Virus record (IMG/VR): IMGVR_UViG_3300025890_000008
DNA: 36,834 bases
Direction: 5' to 3' (one strand)
Source of the DNA: a virus
Part shown: positions 1-7,622 of the stretch, piece by piece
How positions within the stretch are numbered: the stretch's first letter is position 1
Layout of the letters: each line of letters opens with the position of its first letter
Notes under the pieces: generated by a model
Databases searched by the model: none
Told to the model about the DNA's origin: nothing
Seen by the model: the letters and a program-made list of their open reading frames with translations, nothing else
Program-made: the position numbers and the translations under genes

Positions 1-99
1 TACAGTAAATATATTCCCAGATCGATCCTTGAAGCGATATTTTGTGACGCTAAATGCTTCACCCCTTGTTGAATTAATAACCTCTTCGATAACCTTAAC
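1..99. repeat. Left copy of an exact 99-bp terminal overlap with 36736..36834. It marks circular closure of the contig.
   Basis: Read directly: bases 1-99 (tacagtaaatatattccc...cgataaccttaac) recur verbatim as the last 99 bases of the window. Confidence 0.95.
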
Positions 100-141
100 T
101 TCAACAATGTCGTGCAAATTGGTGCTATTAAATGTTTTCAT
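1..141 (-). CDS. Hypothetical protein, 5' part (47 codons) of a 61-aa ORF that crosses the window junction and finishes at 36691
   Basis: ATG at 141 with GGGGA 7 nt upstream. Hand translation: MKTFNSTNLHDIVEVKVIEEVINSTRGEAFSVTKYRFKDRSGNIFTV, continuing in frame into 36735..36691 (NAFNIDQREGSHDT*). Confidence 0.45.
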   Translation of the reverse strand, partial: MKTFNSTNLHDIVEVKVIEEVINSTRGEAFSVTKYRFKDRSGNIFTV

Positions 142-153
142 TTTCCATTCCCC

Positions 154-360
154 TTATTTAACTGAATGAATTAAGCCATCTTTCATTGTGACATTTGCAA
201 AGAATTCTCTGCCCTTGCCTGTTATGTGAGGGCGATTAGCCCCTGTTAGTACGCCATCGGGCCTAAATTCCTCACCAAAAAGGCTGGTTTCGATGTAATC
301 TAATCGCTCACCTATGTGAGTTTTCAATTCTTTCTTACTTTTATAGTTAAATACTAGCAT
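154..360 (-). CDS. Hypothetical small protein (68 aa)
   Basis: ORF track. Tightly packed with the neighbouring genes, sharing 1 nt with the next gene at 360. Confidence 0.6.
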   Translation of the reverse strand: MLVFNYKSKKELKTHIGERLDYIETSLFGEEFRPDGVLTGANRPHITGKGREFFANVTMKDGLIHSVK

Positions 361-572
361 TATAAATACCCCATCTTAGTTTTGGTTTCATCATATACAG
401 CGACTCGCGCCAGGTTAGTTTTTGCGTTAATTTCTGTCGTGTAGGTCCAGCCCTCGGATTCTTCTTCTGATAGCTTGAATGCCAGGTCAATAGCTTTATC
501 GTATGGCATATAAGTGCCGTCCGGTGCTGGAGTTATCCAGCAATTGCTGTCGATTGTTACGCCATTTTTCAT
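360..572 (-). CDS. Hypothetical small protein (70 aa)
   Basis: ORF track. Same operon packing as its neighbours. Confidence 0.6.
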   Translation of the reverse strand: MKNGVTIDSNCWITPAPDGTYMPYDKAIDLAFKLSEEESEGWTYTTEINAKTNLARVAVYDETKTKMGYL

Positions 573-596
573 ACTATCCCCCCATTAATAATTGTT

Positions 597-1433
597 TTAG
601 TGAACCGCTATTATAATATCGATACCTTTAAAACGATCGCTTCCACAAGCATGGCCGACCGGCGTACAATCACCACATTTTCCGGTGCAAGTGTAAGCTT
701 TCTTTGCGTATACCTGGCGCAATGTTGCCTGATGTTCTCGCTTTGCATGGTCCTGTGTAGCTACCTTGTGACCTACTGATACCGCTATAAACTCACCGCG
801 TACATAGTCAAAAGCTTTTAGCTTGTCTTTGACGCTATCGCCATACCTTGAGCCGCTGGACAAGTTAAGCTTGTAATTGCTAGGCACAATACCCGCATAA
901 TCTAGAAACGATTGCCACGACTTGCTATATCCATACGCTAACAACCAGGGACGCGCTGTTAATGCTTCCATCCAAAAAGCTATATCAGAAACCCCTGTAA
1001 AATCCCCGTCTACGTATAGGCGAAAATCTATCGCGCCAGCTTTCGGCTTAAACTTATCTAATGCCGATAGAATATGTCGCTTGCCTGTTTTAGTTTGCAG
1101 CAAAATACTGTTTTGTACCTGGCGACAAAATGCGGCCGGATAACGCCAGGCCTTAAACGAATAGCAAAATTCCAAGCAATCGCCAGCACCAATGCAGAAA
1201 CCTTCACCTGGTAAACTACTGAATGCCAGGAATGGAAGCTTGCCGTTACCATCCCTTGCCATAATTGAGAATCTAGGATTACCATCTAACAGGAATTCCC
1301 GAAGCTTGGTTAGATCGCGCACCCAATGTGCGCCGGTTTCATTGGTTAATATGTCATCTATTACGCTACAGGCTAGCGCGTTGTCCTTGGTGGCGATCGC
1401 GTTTGCGATGCGAGTACAGTTTGCACGATTCAT
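597..1433 (-). CDS. Cys-rich protein, possibly GP88-family (function unknown)
   Basis: 278-aa ORF with two Cys clusters: C80-x5-C86-x3-C90 (GFCIGAGDCLEFCY) and C249-x3-C253-x2-C256-x6-C263 (CTGKCGDCTPVGHAC). The FRLYVDGDF and YGYSKSW segments resemble what I recall of Pfam GP88. The family assignment is tentative. Confidence 0.65.
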   Translation of the reverse strand: MNRANCTRIANAIATKDNALACSVIDDILTNETGAHWVRDLTKLREFLLDGNPRFSIMARDGNGKLPFLAFSSLPGEGFCIGAGDCLEFCYSFKAWRYPAAFCRQVQNSILLQTKTGKRHILSALDKFKPKAGAIDFRLYVDGDFTGVSDIAFWMEALTARPWLLAYGYSKSWQSFLDYAGIVPSNYKLNLSSGSRYGDSVKDKLKAFDYVRGEFIAVSVGHKVATQDHAKREHQATLRQVYAKKAYTCTGKCGDCTPVGHACGSDRFKGIDIIIAVH

Positions 1434-1436
1434 AAT

Positions 1437-1643
1437 TTATTCCCCTTGAAATTCAAAAATATTCTCGTTGATCCATTCATACGCGCAGTCTAGTGCATCT
1501 TGCGCGTTTTCGATCCCGTAGCAGGTGAAACAATCGAAGTCTACCCATTGTCCACCTACAGGCTCTTGAATGTTAAACGAGGCCTTCCCGTTCCATTCAA
1601 CACGCAGATAATCGCCGTGCATCTCTAATTCAAAATATTGCAT
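1437..1643 (-). CDS. Hypothetical small acidic protein (68 aa)
   Basis: ORF track. Its start overlaps the stop of the upstream gene (TAATG). Confidence 0.6.
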   Translation of the reverse strand: MQYFELEMHGDYLRVEWNGKASFNIQEPVGGQWVDFDCFTCYGIENAQDALDCAYEWINENIFEFQGE

Positions 1644-1798
1644 TATCTAACCTTCCATATATAACGCTTGCCATTGTGTCGAATTGTTTGACGATTGCGC
1701 CTAACATTATGTGCAGAGCCAGTAAAACTAGTTTCATCTACCGATGACAGTCTAAGCATCGGATTCAAGTTATTAAGCAGTATTTTCATAGTGAACAT
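1643..1798 (-). CDS. Hypothetical basic miniprotein (51 aa), below the ORF-track cutoff
   Basis: Hand translation: MFTMKILLNNLNPMLRLSSVDETSFTGSAHNVRRNRQTIRHNGKRYIWKVR*. AAGGAG lies 7 nt upstream of the ATG at 1798. The stop overlaps the next start (TAATG). Confidence 0.45.
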   Translation of the reverse strand: MFTMKILLNNLNPMLRLSSVDETSFTGSAHNVRRNRQTIRHNGKRYIWKVR

Positions 1799-1849
1799 TG
1801 TCTTTCTCCTTTAGTGTGATTGCTGTGCCGTCATGTAAAACAATTCATG

Positions 1850-1872
1850 AATGCCGCTCAGTGAACGGCATT
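1850..1872 (-). terminator. Hairpin downstream of the 1886..2167 gene. Possible weak intrinsic terminator or attenuator.
   Basis: aatgccg-ctcagtgaa-cggcatt forms a 7-bp stem. On the minus strand it is followed by CATGAATTGTTTTAC. Confidence 0.35.
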
Positions 1873-1885
1873 GAGTATTGCTCTA

Positions 1886-2167
1886 TTAGATTGTGTTGTG
1901 GCCTATTTTTAATGCCGCAACGACAGGATTACTGGCCGTTCGAGAAATACCCGATTCGTCACAGTGCCATTCTCCATCTTCCAGCGTGTATACTGTGAAC
2001 ATATGGCCTTCTATCTCTACAGCACATAATTTTCCTGCATCAGCTAAAGATTCATGTGCAGTAAATGTTCCCGTAAATCCATTAGATGCGCGGAATGTAT
2101 TACCTCGAATAGTTACCTTGTATTCTTCTCCGCTCCAATTTTCGGCGTTGTATTTGATTGTTTGCAT
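1886..2167 (-). CDS. Hypothetical protein (93 aa), first gene of the leftward arm
   Basis: ORF track. AAGGAG lies upstream of the ATG at 2167. Confidence 0.6.
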   Translation of the reverse strand: MQTIKYNAENWSGEEYKVTIRGNTFRASNGFTGTFTAHESLADAGKLCAVEIEGHMFTVYTLEDGEWHCDESGISRTASNPVVAALKIGHNTI

Positions 2168-2267
2168 AACTTACTCCTTGTGTTGTGATTTATTGGTTGT
2201 CGTGTAATACAATGCATTCACCGTGCCAACTTTTAAGATGCTAGGGTTTATGCTGTCTGTAGCCAAT

Positions 2268-2385
2268 GTACTGGGTATTTATACAGTGCCTGGAGTGTTA
2301 CCTTGTTACCCAAAAGTGTTACTGTGTTACCGATGAAGTGTTACTGGTAACAGATTGGTACTGGTTATTTATACAGTGCTTGAGA
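2268..2385. promoter_or_regulatory. Repeat cassette: two ~27-bp direct repeats flank six GTTAC-core boxes
   Basis: The flanking repeats are gtactgggtatttatacagtgcctggag (2268-2295) and gtactggttatttatacagtgcttgagag (2358-2385). Between them are (a/t)gtgttac boxes at 2294, 2303, 2315, 2323 and 2337, plus an inverted copy tggtaaca at 2345. On the minus strand each flanking repeat reads CACTGTATAAATA, which is -10-like. Confidence 0.6.
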
Positions 2386-2448
2386 GGGGATAGAGGTAGC
2401 TAGTGAGACATTCCTATTCGCCTATATAGATGCGATGCCTGGATTTAA

Positions 2449-2515
2449 ATACCGAGCGTTCGTTCGATAAATGGATATGATGCGAATGAATCCGTATACC
2501 GAGCGTTCGTTCGAT
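2449..2515. repeat. Perfect 20-bp direct repeat, two copies 47 bp apart, in the divergent intergenic region
   Basis: ataccgagcgttcgttcgat occurs at 2449-2468 and 2496-2515. Each copy is preceded by gatgcga, giving an imperfect ~47-bp tandem unit. A G-rich tract follows at 2521-2550. Confidence 0.8.
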
Positions 2516-2716
2516 GAAGCGGGGCTTGTTTGAGGGACGGGGGAGGCGGGCGCGTCTGACAATTATGTATAGTTGCCCCCCAAATTTGCAGCAGGTGAAA
2601 TTAAAAAAAGTCGCAATAAAACATTGCTCTGTACCCTCCAGAACATAAGCTATTAGCGCAAATAACAATTTAATGGTTTAATACGCCAAATATTAGCCAA
2701 AAAGAGTTAGAATCTT

Positions 2717-3094
2717 GTGCCTGAAGACAACATTAATAACCCCCCAGTAAAGAGAAAGCGTGGCAGACCTCGCAAGTCAGAGATAGCTGTTCCTAAGAAT
2801 AGGAAGATTGGTAGACCCAAGGGTGACCATTCGGCTATGGCTGAGATGAAGCAGCGTTTCCTGGCGAGAAGAGATACCAATGCTGTCTTGGAGTCTATCT
2901 TTCGGGCAGCTCAAGATGACGATCACAAGAATCAATCTGCTGCATGGAAATTGATTGTAGATCGCATATTACCGATTAGTTCGTTTGATAAAGATAAGCT
3001 TGGCGGTAAGCCTACGGTAAACATTACAATATCTGGCGTAACAGATACCACTATAGAACCAGATGCCATAGAGGGTGAGTTCAATGCAGATTGA
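2717..3094 (+). CDS. Putative small terminase subunit or DNA-binding protein with AT-hook-like GRP motifs
   Basis: 125-aa ORF with a GTG start. The N-terminus has KRKRGRPRKS and KIGRPKG. It lies upstream of the large terminase. The function is inferred from position and basic DNA-binding motifs only, and the ribosome-binding site is weak. Confidence 0.45.
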   Translation: MPEDNINNPPVKRKRGRPRKSEIAVPKNRKIGRPKGDHSAMAEMKQRFLARRDTNAVLESIFRAAQDDDHKNQSAAWKLIVDRILPISSFDKDKLGGKPTVNITISGVTDTTIEPDAIEGEFNAD

Positions 3095-3497
3095 AGACAT
3101 GCTAATTTTGCATGAAGGAATGAAAAGAAAACCGTATAGGGATACCCAAGGGCACTTAACCATTGGTGTAGGCAGAAACCTAGATTCTATGGGGCTTTCA
3201 GACGATGAGGTTTATTATTTGCTCAGAAATGATATTAGAAGATGCGAGAATGAACTAGCTGATACGTTTGATTGGTTTGCTGGATTAAATAAAATACGCA
3301 AAGAAGCCATGATCAATATATGTTTTAATGTCGGTATAACCTCTCTCAGGAGGTTTAGCAGAGCTTTAGCTGCTATGAGTGTAGGAGACTACTCCTTAGC
3401 GTCAACAGAGTTCCTAGACTCGCTCTGGGCATCCCAGGTGGGTAGAAGGGCAATTACGTTAACTAATATGATACGAACTGGAGAATACGATGCCTAA
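3084..3497 (+). CDS. Endolysin, T4-type lysozyme (glycoside hydrolase family 24)
   Basis: MQIEDMLILHEGMKRKPYRDTQGHLTIGVGRNL aligns by eye with T4 lysozyme [33 protein letters not shown], including the Glu/Asp/Thr catalytic positions. I chose the ATG at 3084, which has GAGGG 8 nt upstream, rather than the GTG at 3075. Confidence 0.88.
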   Translation: MQIEDMLILHEGMKRKPYRDTQGHLTIGVGRNLDSMGLSDDEVYYLLRNDIRRCENELADTFDWFAGLNKIRKEAMINICFNVGITSLRRFSRALAAMSVGDYSLASTEFLDSLWASQVGRRAITLTNMIRTGEYDA

Positions 3498-3597
3498 TGT
3501 ACGTGGAAAGAAATACCCCTACACCGCAGCAGGAATGAAGGCTGCTAAGAAAGCCAAGGCTGCGCCTAGGAAAAAGCCTGTTGGAAGGAAGCGATAG
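3490..3597 (+). CDS. Polybasic miniprotein (35 aa, 13 K/R)
   Basis: Hand translation: MPNVRGKKYPYTAAGMKAAKKAKAAPRKKPVGRKR*. GGAG lies 6 nt upstream. It overlaps the lysozyme stop. Below the ORF-track cutoff. Confidence 0.45.
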   Translation: MPNVRGKKYPYTAAGMKAAKKAKAAPRKKPVGRKR

Positions 3598-3598
3598 T

Positions 3599-3745
3599 AT
3601 GGCTACTGGTCTGTATAAGAACATAGCTAACAAAAAACGCAGGATAGCCAGAGGTAGTGGCGAAACCATGCGTAAGGTGGGCAGTAAAGGCGCACCGACA
3701 GCCAAAGCTTTTAGACAAGCTAAGAAGACCGCTAAGAAGAAATGA
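3599..3745 (+). CDS. Polybasic miniprotein (48 aa)
   Basis: Hand translation: MATGLYKNIANKKRRIARGSGETMRKVGSKGAPTAKAFRQAKKTAKKK*. AAGGAAG lies 7 nt upstream. Its stop overlaps the terminase start (ATGA). Confidence 0.5.
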   Translation: MATGLYKNIANKKRRIARGSGETMRKVGSKGAPTAKAFRQAKKTAKKK

Positions 3746-4992
3746 ACTTAGATATAAATCTCCTTGATTGGCAGAAGGAAGTTTGGAGCGATCTTACGCG
3801 TTTCAAAGTGGTTGCTGCTGGCCGTAGGACGGGAAAGTCCCGCCTTGCGGCTTATCTTTTAATAGTCAACGCGCTCAAGTCTAATTCTGGTCAAGTCTTC
3901 TATGTCGCTCCTACTCAAGGCCAGGCTAGAGATATCATGTGGAATCTCTTATTAGACATAGGCCAACCTGTAATTGAAAACTCACATGTTAATAATATGC
4001 AGGTGCGTTTAGTTAACGGGACTACTATTAGCTTGAAAGGAGCGGATCGACCTGAAACAATGCGCGGCGTAAGTCTTAAATTTCTTGTCTTGGATGAATA
4101 CGCAGACATGAAGCCCGATGTATGGGAGTTAATATTAAGACCTGCGTTAACAGACTTGAAAGGTAATGCCTTATTTATCGGGACACCAATGGGTAGAAAT
4201 CATTTCTATGAACTCTACAAACAAGCCAGCTTAGGCGAAGACCCCACTTATAAAGCATGGCATTACACAAGTTACGATAATAACTTACTCGATAAGCACG
4301 AAATAGACGCAGCCAAGAAATCTATGTCTTCGTTTGCGTTTAGACAAGAGTTTATGGCTTCTTTTGAAGCGCGTGGCTCGGAGATGTTTAAAGAAGAGTG
4401 GGTTAACTTCGATGACAAAGAGCCAGATACGGGCGATTACTACGTTGCCATTGACCTCGCGGGTTTTGAAGAGGTAGGCAAAGCCAAGTCTAAAAACAAA
4501 AAACTTGACAACACTGCTATAGCTATAGTAAAAGTAGGCGAATATGGGTGGTGGGTTAAGGATATTGTCTGCGGTAGGTGGGAATTAAACGCCACTGCGG
4601 AGAAAATATTCCAGATAGTAAGAGACTACGAACCCATCTCTGTAGGTATAGAAAAAGGCATAGCTCGACAAGCTGTTATGTCTCCCCTCACTGATCTTAT
4701 GAAGAAGTATCAGAATTTTTTTCGTGTTGAAGAATTAACTCACGGCAATAAAAAGAAAACTGATCGAGTGATGTGGGCGTTACAGGGTAGATTTGAAAAC
4801 GGAATATGCAGCCTAAACAAAGGTGAATGGAATATTCAGTTTATGGATGAGCTATTTCAATTCCCTGATCCATTAACTCACGATGATATGGTAGATGCTT
4901 TAGCCTATATAGATCAACTGGCTAAAGTCTCTTACACATACGATTTTGAATTAGATGAGTTTGAGGTCTTAGACTCAGTAGCAGGATATTAA
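3742..4992 (+). CDS. terL: Terminase large subunit
   Basis: Walker A AAGRRTGKS and Walker B FLVLDEYAD. The C-terminal nuclease-type acidic motifs are YVAIDLAG and HDDMVDALAY. The portal gene follows directly. Confidence 0.9.
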   Translation: MNLDINLLDWQKEVWSDLTRFKVVAAGRRTGKSRLAAYLLIVNALKSNSGQVFYVAPTQGQARDIMWNLLLDIGQPVIENSHVNNMQVRLVNGTTISLKGADRPETMRGVSLKFLVLDEYADMKPDVWELILRPALTDLKGNALFIGTPMGRNHFYELYKQASLGEDPTYKAWHYTSYDNNLLDKHEIDAAKKSMSSFAFRQEFMASFEARGSEMFKEEWVNFDDKEPDTGDYYVAIDLAGFEEVGKAKSKNKKLDNTAIAIVKVGEYGWWVKDIVCGRWELNATAEKIFQIVRDYEPISVGIEKGIARQAVMSPLTDLMKKYQNFFRVEELTHGNKKKTDRVMWALQGRFENGICSLNKGEWNIQFMDELFQFPDPLTHDDMVDALAYIDQLAKVSYTYDFELDEFEVLDSVAGY

Positions 4993-4993
4993 T

Positions 4994-6934
4994 ATGCTGG
5001 AATCAAACGAAGATCAGTTTGGCATAGAAGAGACTCTTGAGTCTTGGGTTATGTCTAAGTGTCAGGATTGGCGTGATCACTACGACACTAACTATGAAGA
5101 AAAGTTTGATGAATACTATAGATTATGGCGAGGTATTTATTCTTCAGAAGACCGTAATCGTAGCTCAGAGCGTTCTGAGATTATATCCCCAGCGTTACAG
5201 CAAGCTGTAGAGTCTTCAGTAGCAGAGATTGAAGAAGCCACGTTTGGTCGCGGCAGATTCTTTGATATGAAAGATGACCTGGCAGACGCTGATAATCAAG
5301 ACATAGCATATCTTCGCGAAAAGCTATTAGAAGATTTTAAAGCCAATAAAATCCGAAAGGGTGTTGCAGAGTGTTTAATTAACGCCGCAGTCTTTGGCAC
5401 AGGCATAGCAGAAATTGTTTTAGAAGAAGTAAAAGAGATGCGCCCTGCTAGTGAACCTATCATGGATGGGCAGTTACAGGCAGTAGGAGTGAACATTTCA
5501 GACCGTACTGTATGTAAATTGCGTCCTGTACTTCCTCAAAACTTTCTAATCGATCCTGTTGCAGTAGATGTAGATAGCGCATTAGGCGTAGCCATTGATG
5601 AATTTGTACCTACTCATGCTGTAGAACAGCTACAAGAGAAAGGTGTGTACAAAAATGTGCCGTTTAATTTTGCTTATCCTGATACTGATCTTGATCCTGA
5701 CCACGAACTTACCACGCAACCTACCGATAAAGCTCGTCTAACCAAGTATTACGGACTTGTCCCGCGGCACTTGTTGGAAAATGATGAAGATTTTGAAGAG
5801 GTTGAACAGCTAACAGACGCTGAAGAAGATACAGACTTCTATGTTGAGGCGATTGTTGTAATAGCTAACGGTGGTACTTTGCTGAAAGCGGAGAAGAACC
5901 CGTACATGATGCAAGACCGCCCTGTTGTGGCGTTTCCTTGGGATATCGTACCGTCTAGGTTCTGGGGTCGTGGCGTGTGTGAGAAAGGTTACAACTCACA
6001 GAAAGCATTAGACGCAGAGCTACGCGCACGAATTGATGCCTTAGCGTTAACAGTGCACCCCATGATGGCTATGGATGCAACTCGATTACCTCGCGGAGCC
6101 AAGCCAGAGGTCAGGCCAGGCAAAATTATTCTAACAAATGGTAATCCTTCTGAAGTCTTACAACCATTTAACTTTGGGCAGGTTTCACAAATTACATTTG
6201 CTCAAGCAGGTGAATTACAACGGATGGTGCAAACCGCTACTGGAGCTATAGACTCCGCAGGAATAGGCGGTTCTGTTAATGGCGAATCTACAGCGGCAGG
6301 TATTTCTATGTCACTGGGCGCAATTATTAAACGTCATAAGCGAACTCTGATTAATTTCCAAGAGTGTTTTTTAATACCATTTGTTAGCAAAGCTGCTTAC
6401 AGGTATATGCAGTTTGAGCCAGAACTCTATCCTGTTGCTGATTATAAATTTGAAGTTACTTCCTCTCTGGGCATTATAGCAAGGGAATACGAAGTTACGC
6501 AGTTAGTACAACTTCTGCAAACTATGTCTCCAGAGTCTCCGCTCTACCCTGCATTGATTCAATCAATCATAGATAATATGAATCTTAGTAACCGTGAGCA
6601 GTTAATACAAACTCTACAGCAAGCAGGGCAACCTTCACCTGAACAGCAACAAGCACAACAAGCTATGCAGCAAGCACAGATGGAGTTCCAGCAGTCACAA
6701 ACCAATGCTCTTAATGGGCAAGGTGCTGAGTCGCAAGCAAGGGCAGCTAAAATTGCAGCAGAAACTAAAGCAATCCCTGTAGAGTTAGAAACAAATCAGA
6801 TTAAAGCTATTACATCTAATCTTTCTGTAGGCACTGCGGATGACAAAGAGTTTGAGCGAAGATTAAAAATTGCTGATGCAGCTTTAAAAGAAAAACGACT
6901 TAACCTGGATGCTGCAAAAGGTTTATCACAATGA
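4994..6934 (+). CDS. Portal protein
   Basis: 646-aa ORF starting 2 nt after the terL stop. Size and position are typical of a portal, and it has a Q/A-rich C-terminal tail. Assigned by synteny. Confidence 0.75.
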   Translation: MLESNEDQFGIEETLESWVMSKCQDWRDHYDTNYEEKFDEYYRLWRGIYSSEDRNRSSERSEIISPALQQAVESSVAEIEEATFGRGRFFDMKDDLADADNQDIAYLREKLLEDFKANKIRKGVAECLINAAVFGTGIAEIVLEEVKEMRPASEPIMDGQLQAVGVNISDRTVCKLRPVLPQNFLIDPVAVDVDSALGVAIDEFVPTHAVEQLQEKGVYKNVPFNFAYPDTDLDPDHELTTQPTDKARLTKYYGLVPRHLLENDEDFEEVEQLTDAEEDTDFYVEAIVVIANGGTLLKAEKNPYMMQDRPVVAFPWDIVPSRFWGRGVCEKGYNSQKALDAELRARIDALALTVHPMMAMDATRLPRGAKPEVRPGKIILTNGNPSEVLQPFNFGQVSQITFAQAGELQRMVQTATGAIDSAGIGGSVNGESTAAGISMSLGAIIKRHKRTLINFQECFLIPFVSKAAYRYMQFEPELYPVADYKFEVTSSLGIIAREYEVTQLVQLLQTMSPESPLYPALIQSIIDNMNLSNREQLIQTLQQAGQPSPEQQQAQQAMQQAQMEFQQSQTNALNGQGAESQARAAKIAAETKAIPVELETNQIKAITSNLSVGTADDKEFERRLKIADAALKEKRLNLDAAKGLSQ

Positions 6935-7110
6935 TTACACAGCGAGAGCTAGAAGATGTAATTATTCAAGTTAACGTAGTGTTAGAACACCTAGCAGAGC
7001 GCATAGAATCTTTAGAGAAACAACATACCATTCTCTTGCATGACATAAAAAACTTTGTGCAAGAAAAGCCACAAGCCAAACCTAGAGGTAGGCCGAAGAA
7101 GAATGGATAA
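6931..7110 (+). CDS. Hypothetical coiled-coil miniprotein (59 aa) with a basic GRP tail
   Basis: Hand translation: MITQRELEDVIIQVNVVLEHLAERIESLEKQHTILLHDIKNFVQEKPQAKPRGRPKKNG*. ATGA overlap with the portal stop. One residue below the track cutoff. Confidence 0.5.
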   Translation: MITQRELEDVIIQVNVVLEHLAERIESLEKQHTILLHDIKNFVQEKPQAKPRGRPKKNG

Positions 7111-7345
7111 AGATACCGAACAATATTATGACAACCTTGCGAGTATATTTTTAATGCAAGGCTGGAAAGATTTAACCGAAGAGCTAAGTGCCAATGCTCT
7201 TCACATTAATTCCGTTGAGCATACGAAAGACAGAGATGATCTGAATTTTCGCAAAGGCCAGTTAAATATCTTGGCTTATATACTTAACTTAGAATCTACA
7301 GTAAATCGTTTACGAGAGGATAGCAGTAATGTTGGTAATTTTTGA
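7103..7345 (+). CDS. Hypothetical head-module protein (80 aa)
   Basis: The internal ATG (MDKDTEQYYDN...) is preferred over the TTG at 7055, which would overlap the preceding miniprotein over its whole extension. Confidence 0.55.
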   Translation: MDKDTEQYYDNLASIFLMQGWKDLTEELSANALHINSVEHTKDRDDLNFRKGQLNILAYILNLESTVNRLREDSSNVGNF

Positions 7346-7574
7346 TTTTCAATGTGCTAAAGGACATGTCCATGAGGCTATGCTGGATCGCGCTTTGTTA
7401 ACTGACGATTACAAACGTAACTGTCCTAAGTGTGACGGTTTAAGTAGTAAGATAATCTCACCTGTTAAGTCGATACTTGACCCCATTTCCGGTTCTTATC
7501 CGGGGGCTACTATGAAATGGGCTAAGGATAGACAGGCGAAGATTAAACACGAACGCAAGGTAGCTAACTCTTAG
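7329..7574 (+). CDS. Zinc-ribbon protein (FmdB-like CxxGH...CPxC)
   Basis: FDFQCAKGHVHE ... NCPKCDG pattern in an 81-aa ORF. Confidence 0.6.
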   Translation: MLVIFDFQCAKGHVHEAMLDRALLTDDYKRNCPKCDGLSSKIISPVKSILDPISGSYPGATMKWAKDRQAKIKHERKVANS

Positions 7575-7622
7575 TCCTTCGGGGTAGCTTAGAATTAGTC
7601 TTGTCTCCATAGGAGTTTAATA

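Noticed and set aside
922-1449. Three plus-strand or alternative-frame ORFs (73-85 aa) overlapping the 597..1433 gene
   Set aside because: They are antisense or out of frame with a longer, motif-bearing ORF, and have no ribosome-binding sites.
2414-2668. 84-aa minus-strand ORF in the large intergenic region
   Set aside because: It runs through the 20-bp direct repeats and the G-rich tract. It has no convincing ribosome-binding site and an odd composition. The region is better explained as regulatory DNA.
7055-7102. TTG-initiated extension of the 7055..7345 ORF
   Set aside because: It overlaps the 59-aa ORF (6931..7110) in another frame. The ATG at 7103 is a more conventional start.
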